From IMG/VR virus record IMGVR_UViG_3300009095_001812, positions 1-56,989 of that record: a stretch of 56,989 bases of DNA. One strand, written 5' to 3'. Below the pieces are notes generated by a model that made no database searches, had not been told where the DNA came from, and saw only the letters and a program-made list of their open reading frames with translations. A program made the translations under genes and the position numbers. Source of the DNA: a virus (lineage: Duplodnaviria > Heunggongvirae > Uroviricota > Caudoviricetes). Position 1 is the first letter of the stretch. Every line of letters starts with the position of its first letter. Below, in pieces: positions 1 to 9,241 of the stretch.

Positions 1-1
1 C

Positions 2-772
2 AGACACGAGTCTGGTGGAGCTGATGAAATAGATGGTTATAATATTGCTCTAACATACTCTCCAAGTAACTACAATGCTCCAATTAACAATTTGATAGGG
101 GAACACCTCTATCAAATTGATGAAGTATTAGGAAATTTAGGTTCTGTAGGTTCTGTATTTGGTAGGACTGGAATTGTAACAGCTCAACCTGGAGATTATG
201 ATTCTGATGAAATAACAAATGTATCTGCTATTTCTGGAGCAACTGTTTCTGATGCTCTTGAGACATTGAATTCTCTTATTGTTGGAGGAGGAGGAGGAGG
301 AGGAACAGTCTTAGGTCCTGGATCTACTACAGATAATGCTATAGTTCGTTGGGATGGGACTGATGGTTATACAATACAAAATTCTGTAGTTACAATTTCT
401 AACTCTGGTGATTTGGCAGGATTGAACACTGCCGTTTTCGGGGCCGAAGGCGATGCGGGAAATTCGGGAACATCCATTACTATAGATTTTTCGACCTTAG
501 GTCAGAAAGTTAAAGTAACACTAACAGATAACACTACATTTTCGTTTACCTTCCCAGGAGTTGGTAACTATATTTTGAAACTATTCCAGGATGGTACTGG
601 TGGCAGAACTGTAACAATGCCAAGCTCTTCTAGAGCTGCTGGCGGAACATTAGGATTAGCTGGTGCAGCTAATTCAGTAACGGTTTGGGCGATATATTAT
701 GATGGTACCAATTCTTATTTATCATCAATGCCTGGAACAGGTTCTTCTGCTCCAACGGTCACTTTGGTTTAA
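2..772 (+). CDS. Tail fibre/virion appendage protein, C-terminal part (5' truncated by window edge)
   Basis: The frame of the 92..772 ORF is open from base 2 (RHESGGADEIDGYNI...), so TTG 92 is internal. G/S/T-rich; fibre-type motifs VGSVFGRTGIV, GATVSDALETL, poly-Gly linker, STTDNAIVRWDGT, LFQDGTGGRTVT. Confidence 0.7.
   Translation, partial: RHESGGADEIDGYNIALTYSPSNYNAPINNLIGEHLYQIDEVLGNLGSVGSVFGRTGIVTAQPGDYDSDEITNVSAISGATVSDALETLNSLIVGGGGGGGTVLGPGSTTDNAIVRWDGTDGYTIQNSVVTISNSGDLAGLNTAVFGAEGDAGNSGTSITIDFSTLGQKVKVTLTDNTTFSFTFPGVGNYILKLFQDGTGGRTVTMPSSSRAAGGTLGLAGAANSVTVWAIYYDGTNSYLSSMPGTGSSAPTVTLV
284..304 (+). repeat. (GGA)7 trinucleotide run encoding a poly-Gly hinge
   Basis: Seven GGA codons in frame (VGGGGGGGT). 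Confidence 0.9.
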
Positions 773-774
773 TT

Positions 775-1449
775 ATGATTCTTCCTGGATTAAAACAAAC
801 TATAGCTCAACGAGTAATATCTAATGGAACAAATGACAGTGCTAATTTTGGCGCTACTCCATCTAGCTCCTCGATAGTGATTGTGGCTATGACCTGTTTT
901 CCAGCTAGTAATATTCCAACTGTTACAGTCGGCGGAATAACAGCATCACAAACTGGTACCAATCCTATAAACTCAATATCTGGTAGATTTTTTTACGCTT
1001 ATGGATCTTTTTCTAGTGCAACTGTATCTATTACAATGGGGGCTGGTAGCTATTATTGGTGGGCTGCGGAGGAATGGTCTAATCTAGCTCTACAGGCTCC
1101 TGCCCAATTTATTCTCGGTGCTGGTTCCACGTCTCCCACTCACTGCACAGTAAGCACGGCAGCTCTTACAGTAGCTCCAGCGGTGGTTTTTGGACTTGCC
1201 ATTAACGGAGCGACTCAAGCCACATCAGGATGGAGCCCTCCTACAAATTACTATATAGGGGCTCTAAATAAACAGGATTGGAATAATACAACAAGTGGTT
1301 GTCTTGTTCGTCGAGTTACTACAGATACTTCAGCTCAAACGTTAACCATGACGGGAGCTGGGACTTTAAATTATGGACGTATTAGCGCAATTGAATTCTC
1401 TGGACTCAATCGACCGATCTCTCCAATTATGTTTGGTTCAAATTCTTAA
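775..1449 (+). CDS. Putative virion/fibre-associated beta-rich protein
   Basis: 224 aa, S/T/A/G-rich, starts 2 nt after the fibre gene; no catalytic motif recognised. Confidence 0.5.
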   Translation: MILPGLKQTIAQRVISNGTNDSANFGATPSSSSIVIVAMTCFPASNIPTVTVGGITASQTGTNPINSISGRFFYAYGSFSSATVSITMGAGSYYWWAAEEWSNLALQAPAQFILGAGSTSPTHCTVSTAALTVAPAVVFGLAINGATQATSGWSPPTNYYIGALNKQDWNNTTSGCLVRRVTTDTSAQTLTMTGAGTLNYGRISAIEFSGLNRPISPIMFGSNS

Positions 1450-1467
1450 ATTTAAGAAGGGAAGTAA

Positions 1468-2550
1468 GTGACTTTATTTTTAGATTCCAATGCTCATCTT
1501 CCAATGCACCCAAAAGCCGTTGAGGCATTTGTTAGCTTCAACAAATCGCTTGCTGGGCATGGTCATCCTATGTCTCTATCCTCACCAGGAAGGGCGTCAA
1601 AACAAATTATAGAAGAGTCCAGGGCTAAAATAGCCAAATTTATTGGAGCTAAGAAAGAAAGTCAGATTGTATTTACATCAACATGCACACAAGCCTGTGA
1701 ATGGGGTCTTGAAATTTTGACGGCACAGAAATTTGATAAAGTGTTCACATCAACAATAGAACACAAATCTGTGGCACAAAAATCAAGAACACTCTTTGGT
1801 AATAATGATTTGTTTGTAAGTAAAAGCGGTATTGTTTCTTGTGAATATAGTCCTGCTAAAAATTCAGCTTTTGTATGTATTCATGTCCAGAACGAAATTG
1901 GAACCATACAACCAATTGAGAAAATTCAAGTACCATTTTTTTCTGACATGTCTCAATCATTAGGAAAGATACCTATTGATGTTTCTTCAATTCCCAACCT
2001 CAAGGTTGCTGCGTTTGGTGCTCATAAATTTGGCGGACCGGCTGGAGTTGGTTTTATCTATATTCAAGATCCAAAATGGTGGAAGGAATTTGGAATTGGA
2101 TCTAGATATCATTTTGATAGACCAGGAACACCAGACGTTGCAATGATTTATGCCGCAGCAATTGCTCTTGAAGAGGCAATAAACACATTGAGCACAAGAT
2201 ATGAAAAAGCTCTAATATTTAGATCTATCCTTGAAAAATCAGTCCAAGAAATGGGTCTTGAGGTTATTGGCTATAATGCATCTAGAATACCACACGTAAC
2301 CCTTATTAATATTGGAAGCCGAATGGCATCCCATGTTGTTCATCATTTGGAAAGTGAAGGTATTTATATAGGTAGAGGATCTGCTTGTGACTCTTTGAGA
2401 GCTTCATCAAATCCAATTATGACAGCTCTTGGATATGGTGGGCATGCGGAAGATTACATTCGTATTTCTCAATGGGGTGACTACGGCCCAGCCGAGGCAA
2501 AAGAACTCGTTAGAGGTCTTTTAAAGTACTGTCCTAGGGCTGATATATAG
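1468..2550 (+). CDS. iscS: Cysteine desulfurase, IscS/NifS family (PLP-dependent, class V aminotransferase)
   Basis: N-terminal LFLDSNA, TSTIEHKSV, VQNEIGTIQPI, DMSQSLGK, PLP-lysine motif GAHKFGGPAGVG, RPGTPDV, catalytic loop GSACDS. GTG start after a purine-rich SD-like stretch. Confidence 0.9.
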   Translation: MTLFLDSNAHLPMHPKAVEAFVSFNKSLAGHGHPMSLSSPGRASKQIIEESRAKIAKFIGAKKESQIVFTSTCTQACEWGLEILTAQKFDKVFTSTIEHKSVAQKSRTLFGNNDLFVSKSGIVSCEYSPAKNSAFVCIHVQNEIGTIQPIEKIQVPFFSDMSQSLGKIPIDVSSIPNLKVAAFGAHKFGGPAGVGFIYIQDPKWWKEFGIGSRYHFDRPGTPDVAMIYAAAIALEEAINTLSTRYEKALIFRSILEKSVQEMGLEVIGYNASRIPHVTLINIGSRMASHVVHHLESEGIYIGRGSACDSLRASSNPIMTALGYGGHAEDYIRISQWGDYGPAEAKELVRGLLKYCPRADI

Positions 2551-2556
2551 TCCAAT

Positions 2557-2889
2557 ATGGTTCGAGGGAAAAAGAGATTAGTACCGATTCTTTGCGAGAT
2601 TTGTCAAGAAGATGATAAGGCAACTCTTCATAAACATCATATTATTGAAAGAACAGATCCTAATACATCTCATGATGATATGAACTTAGCAATTGTGTGT
2701 TCTAATTGCCACAATAAAATTCACCATGGAGACATTGAGGTAGTTGGTGTTTTTCCATCTACAAAACTACCTTACGGTAGAACTCTTGTATACAAAATAG
2801 ATGGTGTTTGTAACATTTCAGGACTTGAAGAACCGTATTACAAACCAAAGGCTAAATCAACGAGGTTACAGTGGGCAAACAAAAAGTAA
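2557..2889 (+). CDS. Small HNH endonuclease-family protein
   Basis: CEIC...LHKHHII...NLAIVCSNCHNKIH matches the zinc-binding HNH signature. Confidence 0.8.
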   Translation: MVRGKKRLVPILCEICQEDDKATLHKHHIIERTDPNTSHDDMNLAIVCSNCHNKIHHGDIEVVGVFPSTKLPYGRTLVYKIDGVCNISGLEEPYYKPKAKSTRLQWANKK

Positions 2890-3167
2890 TGAATGAGAAG
2901 CAAACTATAGAATCTATTCTCTCCTTAGCTCGTAAACAAGGAGTTGAGGAGAAGGTAAAGGGTATTATTCAAAAATACCAGGATGCTGTAAAAGGTGCAA
3001 GAACAGAATATGAGAGAAAGCATATTGCTGCAATGGGTTTGGCAGAGCTTCACAAAACTATTGGTTGTGTAGATAGGTTGATAGTAGATGGGAGAGAGAT
3101 TTTACCTCCAGATCTTGGATACCAAGATGATATTAATTGGCATAAAGGTTTGGTAAAGCTAGATTGA
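2871..3167 (+). CDS. Hypothetical protein
   Basis: 98-aa ORF overlapping the HNH gene, co-oriented; no recognisable motif. Confidence 0.55.
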   Translation: MGKQKVMNEKQTIESILSLARKQGVEEKVKGIIQKYQDAVKGARTEYERKHIAAMGLAELHKTIGCVDRLIVDGREILPPDLGYQDDINWHKGLVKLD

Positions 3168-3216
3168 TAACAGTGCATAATCCTTCATAAATTAAGGTAA
3201 GACTTAAGGAAGGTTT

Positions 3217-3456
3217 ATGAAAGCAGAGAAATACATAGGCACTGTTGTTTGGTTTGATGCAAAACTTGGTTATGGTTTTTTGACTAGAGCAAATGAGAAA
3301 GATTTATTTATACATTGGTCAGATATTATAACTGAGGGCTTTAAGACTTTGAAAAAAGGTCAACAGGTAGCTTATTCAGTTGGTTTGAATCTTAGAAAAC
3401 AGCCAAAAGCAATTGATGTTGTGGTTCTTGGTGAGGAAAGTGTTCAAGAAGGATGA
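3217..3456 (+). CDS. cspA: Cold-shock domain protein
   Basis: GTVVWFDAKLGYGFL (RNP1), DLFIHWSDI (RNP2), GFKTLKKGQQVAY, PKAIDV; SD-like AAGGAAGG upstream. Symbol is family-level only. Confidence 0.92.
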   Translation: MKAEKYIGTVVWFDAKLGYGFLTRANEKDLFIHWSDIITEGFKTLKKGQQVAYSVGLNLRKQPKAIDVVVLGEESVQEG

Positions 3457-3898
3457 AGAGCTTTGGATAACGAATATCTCTAGAACTCGTGATGTTAGTA
3501 TCACAGACCTTAGAATTACTATTCGTAAAGGACAAAGTAAAAATCTTTTAGCAAAAGATAAGAAAGGTCGATTGAGATTTAACTTTACCAAAGAGCAGAT
3601 TGAGAAATCAATCAAGTCTGGAAGTATTGCTCAAAAAGGAGACGTTCTCAAAGTAAGAAAGGTTGCTCCAGTTGTGTTCAACCATAGAGTTGATATTGCC
3701 GAAACACTGAGCCGATCTCAAACACGCCTCAAGAGAAAACCGAATGAGATTGAAGTTCCTGATTTTCCTGATTTGGATTTTGATGAAATTTCGCCGGAGC
3801 AATACGCAGAAGAAAATGCAGATATGGACTTTGAAGATCGGGCTCCAGCTTTGGCTGTTGATCCAAAGTTTAAAAACATATCCTCTGACGATGAATAA
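3440..3898 (+). CDS. Hypothetical protein, basic N-terminus and acidic C-terminus
   Basis: In frame with ORF 3413..3898. GTG 3440 follows GGTGAGG and reduces overlap with the csp gene; start uncertain. Confidence 0.55.
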   Translation: MFKKDEELWITNISRTRDVSITDLRITIRKGQSKNLLAKDKKGRLRFNFTKEQIEKSIKSGSIAQKGDVLKVRKVAPVVFNHRVDIAETLSRSQTRLKRKPNEIEVPDFPDLDFDEISPEQYAEENADMDFEDRAPALAVDPKFKNISSDDE

Positions 3899-3912
3899 CC
3901 ATGTATAAGAGC

Positions 3913-4248
3913 ATGGGTGCAGCAATCTACATTTCAGCAAATACTGGTCAACTTGTACGTTTAGTTGTACAAACAATAGATGGTTACGGCCAACGCTCTG
4001 ATGGTTATGTACCTATGGTTCAAAGTATTCAGTATCCAGATCTTAGTTATGAGATGGGGTATCCTCGCAGTATGACCAGACTGAGTACTGGACTTTATGC
4101 TCATGGTTTGCTTCTTCCAACCGGAGCTGATGCTCTTGGAACTTACATAGCAAGTGTATATTGGGAAGAGAATGGAAATCCCAAATGGGAAACTTTCGCA
4201 ATTAATGTTGCCCGCCCATTTGGTGTATCAGCAATATCTCCCGTGTAA
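3913..4248 (+). CDS. Small Ig-like virion structural protein with two DGY motifs
   Basis: Beta-strand pattern (RLSTGLYAHGL..GTYIASVYW) resembles the N-domain of 6551..7450 (RIDVGIYQFNY..GTWNDVW). ATG 3913 preferred over 3901 because it sits 6 nt after the AATAA-N4-GTAT motif. Confidence 0.55.
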   Translation: MGAAIYISANTGQLVRLVVQTIDGYGQRSDGYVPMVQSIQYPDLSYEMGYPRSMTRLSTGLYAHGLLLPTGADALGTYIASVYWEENGNPKWETFAINVARPFGVSAISPV

Positions 4249-4596
4249 TTACCGGGCTCTACATACGCTTTCTATCTGAGAGCATTCTTCTATACTCATC
4301 CAGCATTTAAGCCCGAGCCCACGACCTTCTTTTACGAATGCTTCACAGACCATTTCGCATGTCTCTGTGCAATTTCCGTTTTTACAAATTCCATCTTGGC
4401 AGTCAAGATCTTTAGAACACTCGTTTGGATAGATAAGGTCTTGTCTTTCATCACACTCAAGCTCACGAGCGCGCTCGCAGGCTTTTGTACAATCACCCTT
4501 ATCGTCTTTGATTACAACATTTGGTTTTGGAGTGTTAGGGTTATTACAGGTTGGTGATAGTAATACCGCTGCTAGAATTATTGATATTGATTTCAT
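4249..4596 (-). CDS. Cys-rich secreted or lipoprotein-like small protein
   Basis: Second Met (4596) overlaps the protease stop codon (ATGA). MKSISIILAAVLLSPTC signal-like start followed by many Cys. Confidence 0.65.
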   Translation of the reverse strand: MKSISIILAAVLLSPTCNNPNTPKPNVVIKDDKGDCTKACERARELECDERQDLIYPNECSKDLDCQDGICKNGNCTETCEMVCEAFVKEGRGLGLKCWMSIEECSQIESVCRAR

Positions 4597-6467
4597 TTTT
4601 GTATCTCCGTCCAAGCCTCTGAACCATCTACGATAACCCAGATATCTCTTGTTGATGGGTGTATAAAAACATCTGGTGATACATAAGCAAAGCCATCTTC
4701 ACCCCAAGAATTACCCCAAGAGTTTTCTACAATGAAAACTCCATTTACAAATCCAACGACACAATTATGAGTAATAATGTTATTTGCAATATATTCATGA
4801 CATTTATCAACTTCTAAATTATAAACCATACCACTGTATTCTTTTTTTGATATAGAAGTTATTCTAGTATAAATATTATTACCGTCGTAATACATTCTAT
4901 CTTTTGATTTTGGAGAGTGAAAGTCAATATAATATCCGCCAATACATTTATATGATTTACCACGGATAATATTTTCATATGGATTGCGTTTTGTTATTCC
5001 ATAAGTCAATCTACATCTTTGCAGCATAATAACTAAAGAATCTGCTAGTTTTTTACTTGCTGTAAAAATTTTAGAATTATCTAGCCATTTGAAACAACCA
5101 TCAGTTTTATACCAACCTTTAATTATTTCAAGTTGTAATTTTGGATCAAGATGTATTAATTTTGAAATTTCTTTTTCTTTTGGTCCGCCACAAAGATCAA
5201 GAATTTTACATCCAAGTTCTGTATTATAAAATGATATAATATTTGTTTTACTGTTTTTATCTTCATAGATAGAATGATTTGTTCCAGGGTATTCTTTATT
5301 GATAATTTTTATTAAATCATCTATAATTTCTTTTTTATCATTCCTATGATATGTAAGTCTAAATTTTATAGATTTTATCTTTGAACCATCTTTATTTTTT
5401 TCAATTTGAAGATTACCATCTCCAATATAATATCCAAGTAATCTTGCAAAATCGGTAGAAATATTTAAATCTTCTATATTTTCATCAATTACAGTTTGTA
5501 CATACCAACCTTTTTTTATTTCATTAGCATTAACAAAATCAAATTTAGTCATATCTGTACGTGATACACGATCCCATTTTCTAGCCTTTTTAACTAGAAT
5601 AGGATGCTCACCAGTAACATATAAAGGCTCAATTGATAATTGAGAGTTGATCTTATATATATGTTCAGAAACAAATCTTTCTGTTGTTGCAGTTACAGGA
5701 AACCAACCTTCTCTTGTAAGTACTAAAGTACCAAGTTCAATGTTTTGAATTTCTTCTTGACCATCTTTGGTAATTATAGTTGTACCAGGAAGACAACACA
5801 TTGCATGTCCACCTTTTGGATCTTTTTCTATGCCAAGAGGATTTTTTCCACCTACGTAGCGAAACCAATTTGTACCTACTTGAGTTCCAAATACGACTGG
5901 GTTGCCAGCTTTGAGATTGAATATCATATCATCGATACGATCATTTCCCTGTGTTTTGATTTTGAAGTGTCCTTCAATTCTATTGATACGACCTTCTCTA
6001 GAAGCCATGACAGGCGGCGCTTTGTAGAGGTTTTGCGTCTTGAACGGATGCATATCCTCTCTACAAACTCCAAACTTACGAAGAACGTCACAAGCAAGTG
6101 AAATATATGTTCCACCATCTTTGTTTGTTTGTGGTGGTAGCATTCGTTCACGAGCACCCCAGTACAAATCAAGTACGGACAAATCAACGTGCTCTTTGTG
6201 TCCGTGTTTCATAATTCTCTTTATCTCAAGAGCTTTTACTGTGCTTTGAGCAACACACGTTGAGGTGGAGAGTTGGTTGTGACGTGGTGATGTGTAAGGA
6301 CGTAAATCTATATCACTACCACTCTGATATTGGTTTGGGCTTTTACCTAAAGCCAAACTATCTCTTTCAAATTTAAGATATATTTTACTTGCCGGATCGG
6401 GCTGCCAACCACCTAGCTTTGGTCTAAATAGTAGTTTTCTTTTTGGATTTTTGAATATTGTGAACAT
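4593..6467 (-). CDS. Papain-like (C1A) cysteine peptidase containing an intein
   Basis: DIDLR, NQLSTSTCVAQS (oxyanion Gln and catalytic Cys), DGGTY, GGHAM|CVVGF (catalytic His), VENSWGNSWGEDGFAYV (catalytic Asn). SD GGAGGT upstream. Confidence 0.92.
   Translation of the reverse strand: MFTIFKNPKRKLLFRPKLGGWQPDPASKIYLKFERDSLALGKSPNQYQSGSDIDLRPYTSPRHNQLSTSTCVAQSTVKALEIKRIMKHGHKEHVDLSVLDLYWGARERMLPPQTNKDGGTYISLACDVLRKFGVCREDMHPFKTQNLYKAPPVMASREGRINRIEGHFKIKTQGNDRIDDMIFNLKAGNPVVFGTQVGTNWFRYVGGKNPLGIEKDPKGGHAMCCLPGTTIITKDGQEEIQNIELGTLVLTREGWFPVTATTERFVSEHIYKINSQLSIEPLYVTGEHPILVKKARKWDRVSRTDMTKFDFVNANEIKKGWYVQTVIDENIEDLNISTDFARLLGYYIGDGNLQIEKNKDGSKIKSIKFRLTYHRNDKKEIIDDLIKIINKEYPGTNHSIYEDKNSKTNIISFYNTELGCKILDLCGGPKEKEISKLIHLDPKLQLEIIKGWYKTDGCFKWLDNSKIFTASKKLADSLVIMLQRCRLTYGITKRNPYENIIRGKSYKCIGGYYIDFHSPKSKDRMYYDGNNIYTRITSISKKEYSGMVYNLEVDKCHEYIANNIITHNCVVGFVNGVFIVENSWGNSWGEDGFAYVSPDVFIHPSTRDIWVIVDGSEAWTEIQK
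4764..5798 (-). mobile_element. Intein (345 aa) with LAGLIDADG homing endonuclease
   Basis: Block A CCLPGTTIITKDG, block B VTGEHPILV, LAGLIDADG motifs LLGYYIGDG and IKGWYKTDG, block F VYNLEVDKCHEYIANN, terminal HN followed by Cys+1. Splicing restores GGHAMCVVGF. Visibly more AT-rich than the exteins. Confidence 0.93.
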
Positions 6468-6550
6468 ATCACCTCCACACCTAAATGTATCGCTATTGGT
6501 GTATGTTTTAATTGAATCAATATTTAAGTATATTAGTATAGGAGATAATA

Positions 6551-7450
6551 ATGGCTACTGTTCCAAGATCAGAAATTGTACAACCTGGAGATATTGTATC
6601 TTTAAGAGCTAGGTTTACTGGACCTGAGGGTTTGGAAGTTGATTTAGATTCTTTTCCAACAATAACAATTATACAACCATCTGGCGGTGTAGCAGTTGGA
6701 CCAACAAGCGCTGGAGTTATGAGAATTGATGTTGGTATTTATCAATTTAATTATTCTGTAGGTTTGTATCCTCCAATTGGAACATGGAATGATGTTTGGA
6801 AGGGTTTTTTTGGTGGTTATCAAATAATAGATGGTTTTAATTTTACTGTATTTTCATCTCAGCTTCCAGGCCTTAATACTGATGGTTATAAAAAACTTGG
6901 TGATGATCCTGGATTTAACTTCAGTCAAAATGCTATTTGCAACATAAATAATCTTTTGAAGTATTTAAGAAGAAGACTTAAGTCTTCTGGAAAAGCTAGA
7001 AGAAAAGATGAGTATGGAAATGGTATTTACAAAGATTGTGATGTTTTCTTAGTTGATGAACTTGTAACATTCCTCTGTGAATCACTATCAATGTTCAATG
7101 AGATTCCTCACTTTACATTCTTCACATGGGAAGATACACCTATCATCGAGCAGTTCCATGATATTTTGGTTCAAGGTGCTTTGTATCTAGCGCTAGGAGC
7201 ACAGGCCCTTATTGAGCGTGGACGTGAGTTCCAGGTCAATGACAATGGTATTGGATTTACTCCACCAACCATTTCTGAGCTTCTCAACACTCAGTACTCT
7301 AAGGAAATGGATGCTTGGTATGATAAGGCTAAGATGATAAAAGCCAACATGAAGCCCTCGCCCTTGGGATTAGGGGTTATGTCTTATACGGCCGGCGCAA
7401 GTCCACAGATTCGGCGTTTGCGCCATTTGAGAGCAAGACAAATATATTAA
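6551..7450 (+). CDS. Putative neck/head-tail adaptor structural protein
   Basis: Ig-like N-domain plus helical C-domain, one DGY, GGAG SD and upstream AATAT-N4-GTAT motif; positioned ahead of the tail module. Role inferred. Confidence 0.5.
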   Translation: MATVPRSEIVQPGDIVSLRARFTGPEGLEVDLDSFPTITIIQPSGGVAVGPTSAGVMRIDVGIYQFNYSVGLYPPIGTWNDVWKGFFGGYQIIDGFNFTVFSSQLPGLNTDGYKKLGDDPGFNFSQNAICNINNLLKYLRRRLKSSGKARRKDEYGNGIYKDCDVFLVDELVTFLCESLSMFNEIPHFTFFTWEDTPIIEQFHDILVQGALYLALGAQALIERGREFQVNDNGIGFTPPTISELLNTQYSKEMDAWYDKAKMIKANMKPSPLGLGVMSYTAGASPQIRRLRHLRARQIY

Positions 7451-7509
7451 ATAAAATAAGAAAAGTCGAGAGGTCTGGGTATATTGCATCATTACTTAGG
7501 AGGTGTGAT

Positions 7510-8691
7510 ATGCGCTATATGATTGATCATTTCAAAAAACTTGCAAAAGAAAAACATGGTGAATGTCTTTCTGATGAGTATAAAAACTGTAGAACAAAAA
7601 TAGAGTTTAAATGTTCTTGTGGAAATTGTTGGTTTGCTGAACCAAGACATATTATTGAGGGAAGATGGTGTCCAGAATGTGGACATCAAAAAGGAAGAAA
7701 GTATGATGTAAATCATCATTTCTTTTCTTATGAAACTGAAGCAACCTTTTATGTTGCTGGGTTTTTGGCTGCTGATGGGTGGAAAACAAAAGCAGCTAAT
7801 GGTGCTTATAATATAGGACTACAACTAGCGGCAAAAGACGAAGATCAGCTTAAATTAATTAGAAAATTAATGAGCTGTAATTCGAGAATTGATTTTAGAA
7901 AAAGAAAAAATAAATCTGGAAGTACTTCTTTTTCTTACACTTTCGTTGCTAATTCTAAACAATTATATAATGATCTAGAAAAGTTCAATATAACAGAAAG
8001 AAAAACATATACATATCATATTAATGATTTGATGATAAATCATAATCTAATTAGGCACTTCATGCGTGGTTATGTTGATGGTGATGGTTGTTTTACAGAA
8101 GTTTTAAATGATGGAAACCCCAGAGTACATTTTAGTATGCGTGGAACAAAAGTTTTCTTAGAACAGTTCCATCAAATTCTTAAAATAAATAGAGTTGTTT
8201 CTGATGATCGAGTTGTAATTGCTAATGCTGGAAAGAAAGAAAAAGTTTTTGGTAAATTACAATACGGTGGAAATGGTATAATTTCTAAACTTTATTATTT
8301 TCTATATGATGATGCTGAGTATTTTTTACAAAGGAAAAAAGTTATTGCTGCAAAAGCTATTGAGTATGCTGTGCATGGAGACGGCTTGCTCGCAAAGAAA
8401 ACAAAATGTACAGCTTTGCCAATTACAAAAGAGATTCTTCTTGAAAAAGCTCAGGAACTGAAATCTGGTCAGGCCATAGCAAAATATTTCAAATGTACAC
8501 CGGCTAATATTTCTTGGTGGGTAAAGAAACTGAACATCCAAGATGAATATAGAAAAGCTCTTGGTAAATTAGATTATGATTTAGTATTCAAAAAATATAC
8601 AGAATTAAGAAATTACTCGGCTGTGGCTAAAGAGTTCGATGTTACGAAACAGAGAATACAGCAAATATGTAAAAGTTATATGAATAACTGA
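7510..8691 (+). CDS. Free-standing LAGLIDADG homing endonuclease with N-terminal Zn ribbon and C-terminal HTH motifs
   Basis: CSCG...WCPECG, FYVAGFLAADGW, HFMRGYVDGDGCF, LYDDAEYFLQRK, HTH-like AVAKEFDVTKQRIQQI. Confidence 0.88.
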   Translation: MRYMIDHFKKLAKEKHGECLSDEYKNCRTKIEFKCSCGNCWFAEPRHIIEGRWCPECGHQKGRKYDVNHHFFSYETEATFYVAGFLAADGWKTKAANGAYNIGLQLAAKDEDQLKLIRKLMSCNSRIDFRKRKNKSGSTSFSYTFVANSKQLYNDLEKFNITERKTYTYHINDLMINHNLIRHFMRGYVDGDGCFTEVLNDGNPRVHFSMRGTKVFLEQFHQILKINRVVSDDRVVIANAGKKEKVFGKLQYGGNGIISKLYYFLYDDAEYFLQRKKVIAAKAIEYAVHGDGLLAKKTKCTALPITKEILLEKAQELKSGQAIAKYFKCTPANISWWVKKLNIQDEYRKALGKLDYDLVFKKYTELRNYSAVAKEFDVTKQRIQQICKSYMNN

Positions 8692-8701
8692 CTATTCAGT
8701 T

Positions 8702-8953
8702 ATGAGATATCTATTTATTTCCACAATTTTAGCAGTTGCCATTTTCTTTAACGCCACAGTTCAGGCTCAAACCAAGACCACTCAAGAAAAGGGTGGTTAT
8801 GGATATGAGTTTGAAGATGATCCTCTTGCGGCTGGTGGTTTCGGCCCTAACGATTCTAGGATTCGTGTTCGTCGAGGTGCTCAACGTACAACACTTATCA
8901 AGCCAAGGACTCAATTTATTACAGAATTGCTAAAGTCTGTAGATGATATATAA
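8702..8953 (+). CDS. Small secreted protein resembling myxobacterial gliding-motility CglF/GltF family
   Basis: Sec signal ending VQA, then YGYEFEDDPLAAGGFGPND...TTLIKPRTQFITELLKSVDDI. The C-terminal LI.PR..F..EL.KSV... pattern is recalled from CglF/GltF-like proteins, not searched. Confidence 0.65.
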   Translation: MRYLFISTILAVAIFFNATVQAQTKTTQEKGGYGYEFEDDPLAAGGFGPNDSRIRVRRGAQRTTLIKPRTQFITELLKSVDDI

Positions 8954-8992
8954 AAAGAGCGTCAGGGGTTTAGCGCTGCATGCGAGGTATTT

Positions 8993-9241
8993 GTGCCAGA
9001 AGAGATTATTACCAAGGGTATTGATCATAAAAAACTTGCTCCGCTGCTTGAGAAAATCAAGCGTCGTGTGTTTAAGCATGATGTGATTGGCGACATGCTC
9101 AAGAAATACAAGATTGATAGGGAAGAGCTTGACCTTATTCCTATGTGTTTTGCCAAACTGCCAGTGTCTGCTCGCACAGATCATGGTGTCATTTACATAA
9201 ATGTAGATTTGGCAAAGGATGGTGATTTTGAGGATGAATAA
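8993..9241 (+). CDS. N-terminal half of a split zincin-like metalloprotease
   Basis: GTG start after GAGGT; ends VSARTDHGVIYINVDLAKDGDFEDE, the beta-strand region that normally precedes an HExxH helix. Confidence 0.65.
   Translation: MPEEIITKGIDHKKLAPLLEKIKRRVFKHDVIGDMLKKYKIDREELDLIPMCFAKLPVSARTDHGVIYINVDLAKDGDFEDE

Noticed and set aside
92-94. TTG 92 as the true start of the first gene
   Set aside because: The frame is open to the window edge and encodes plausible protein including a DGY.
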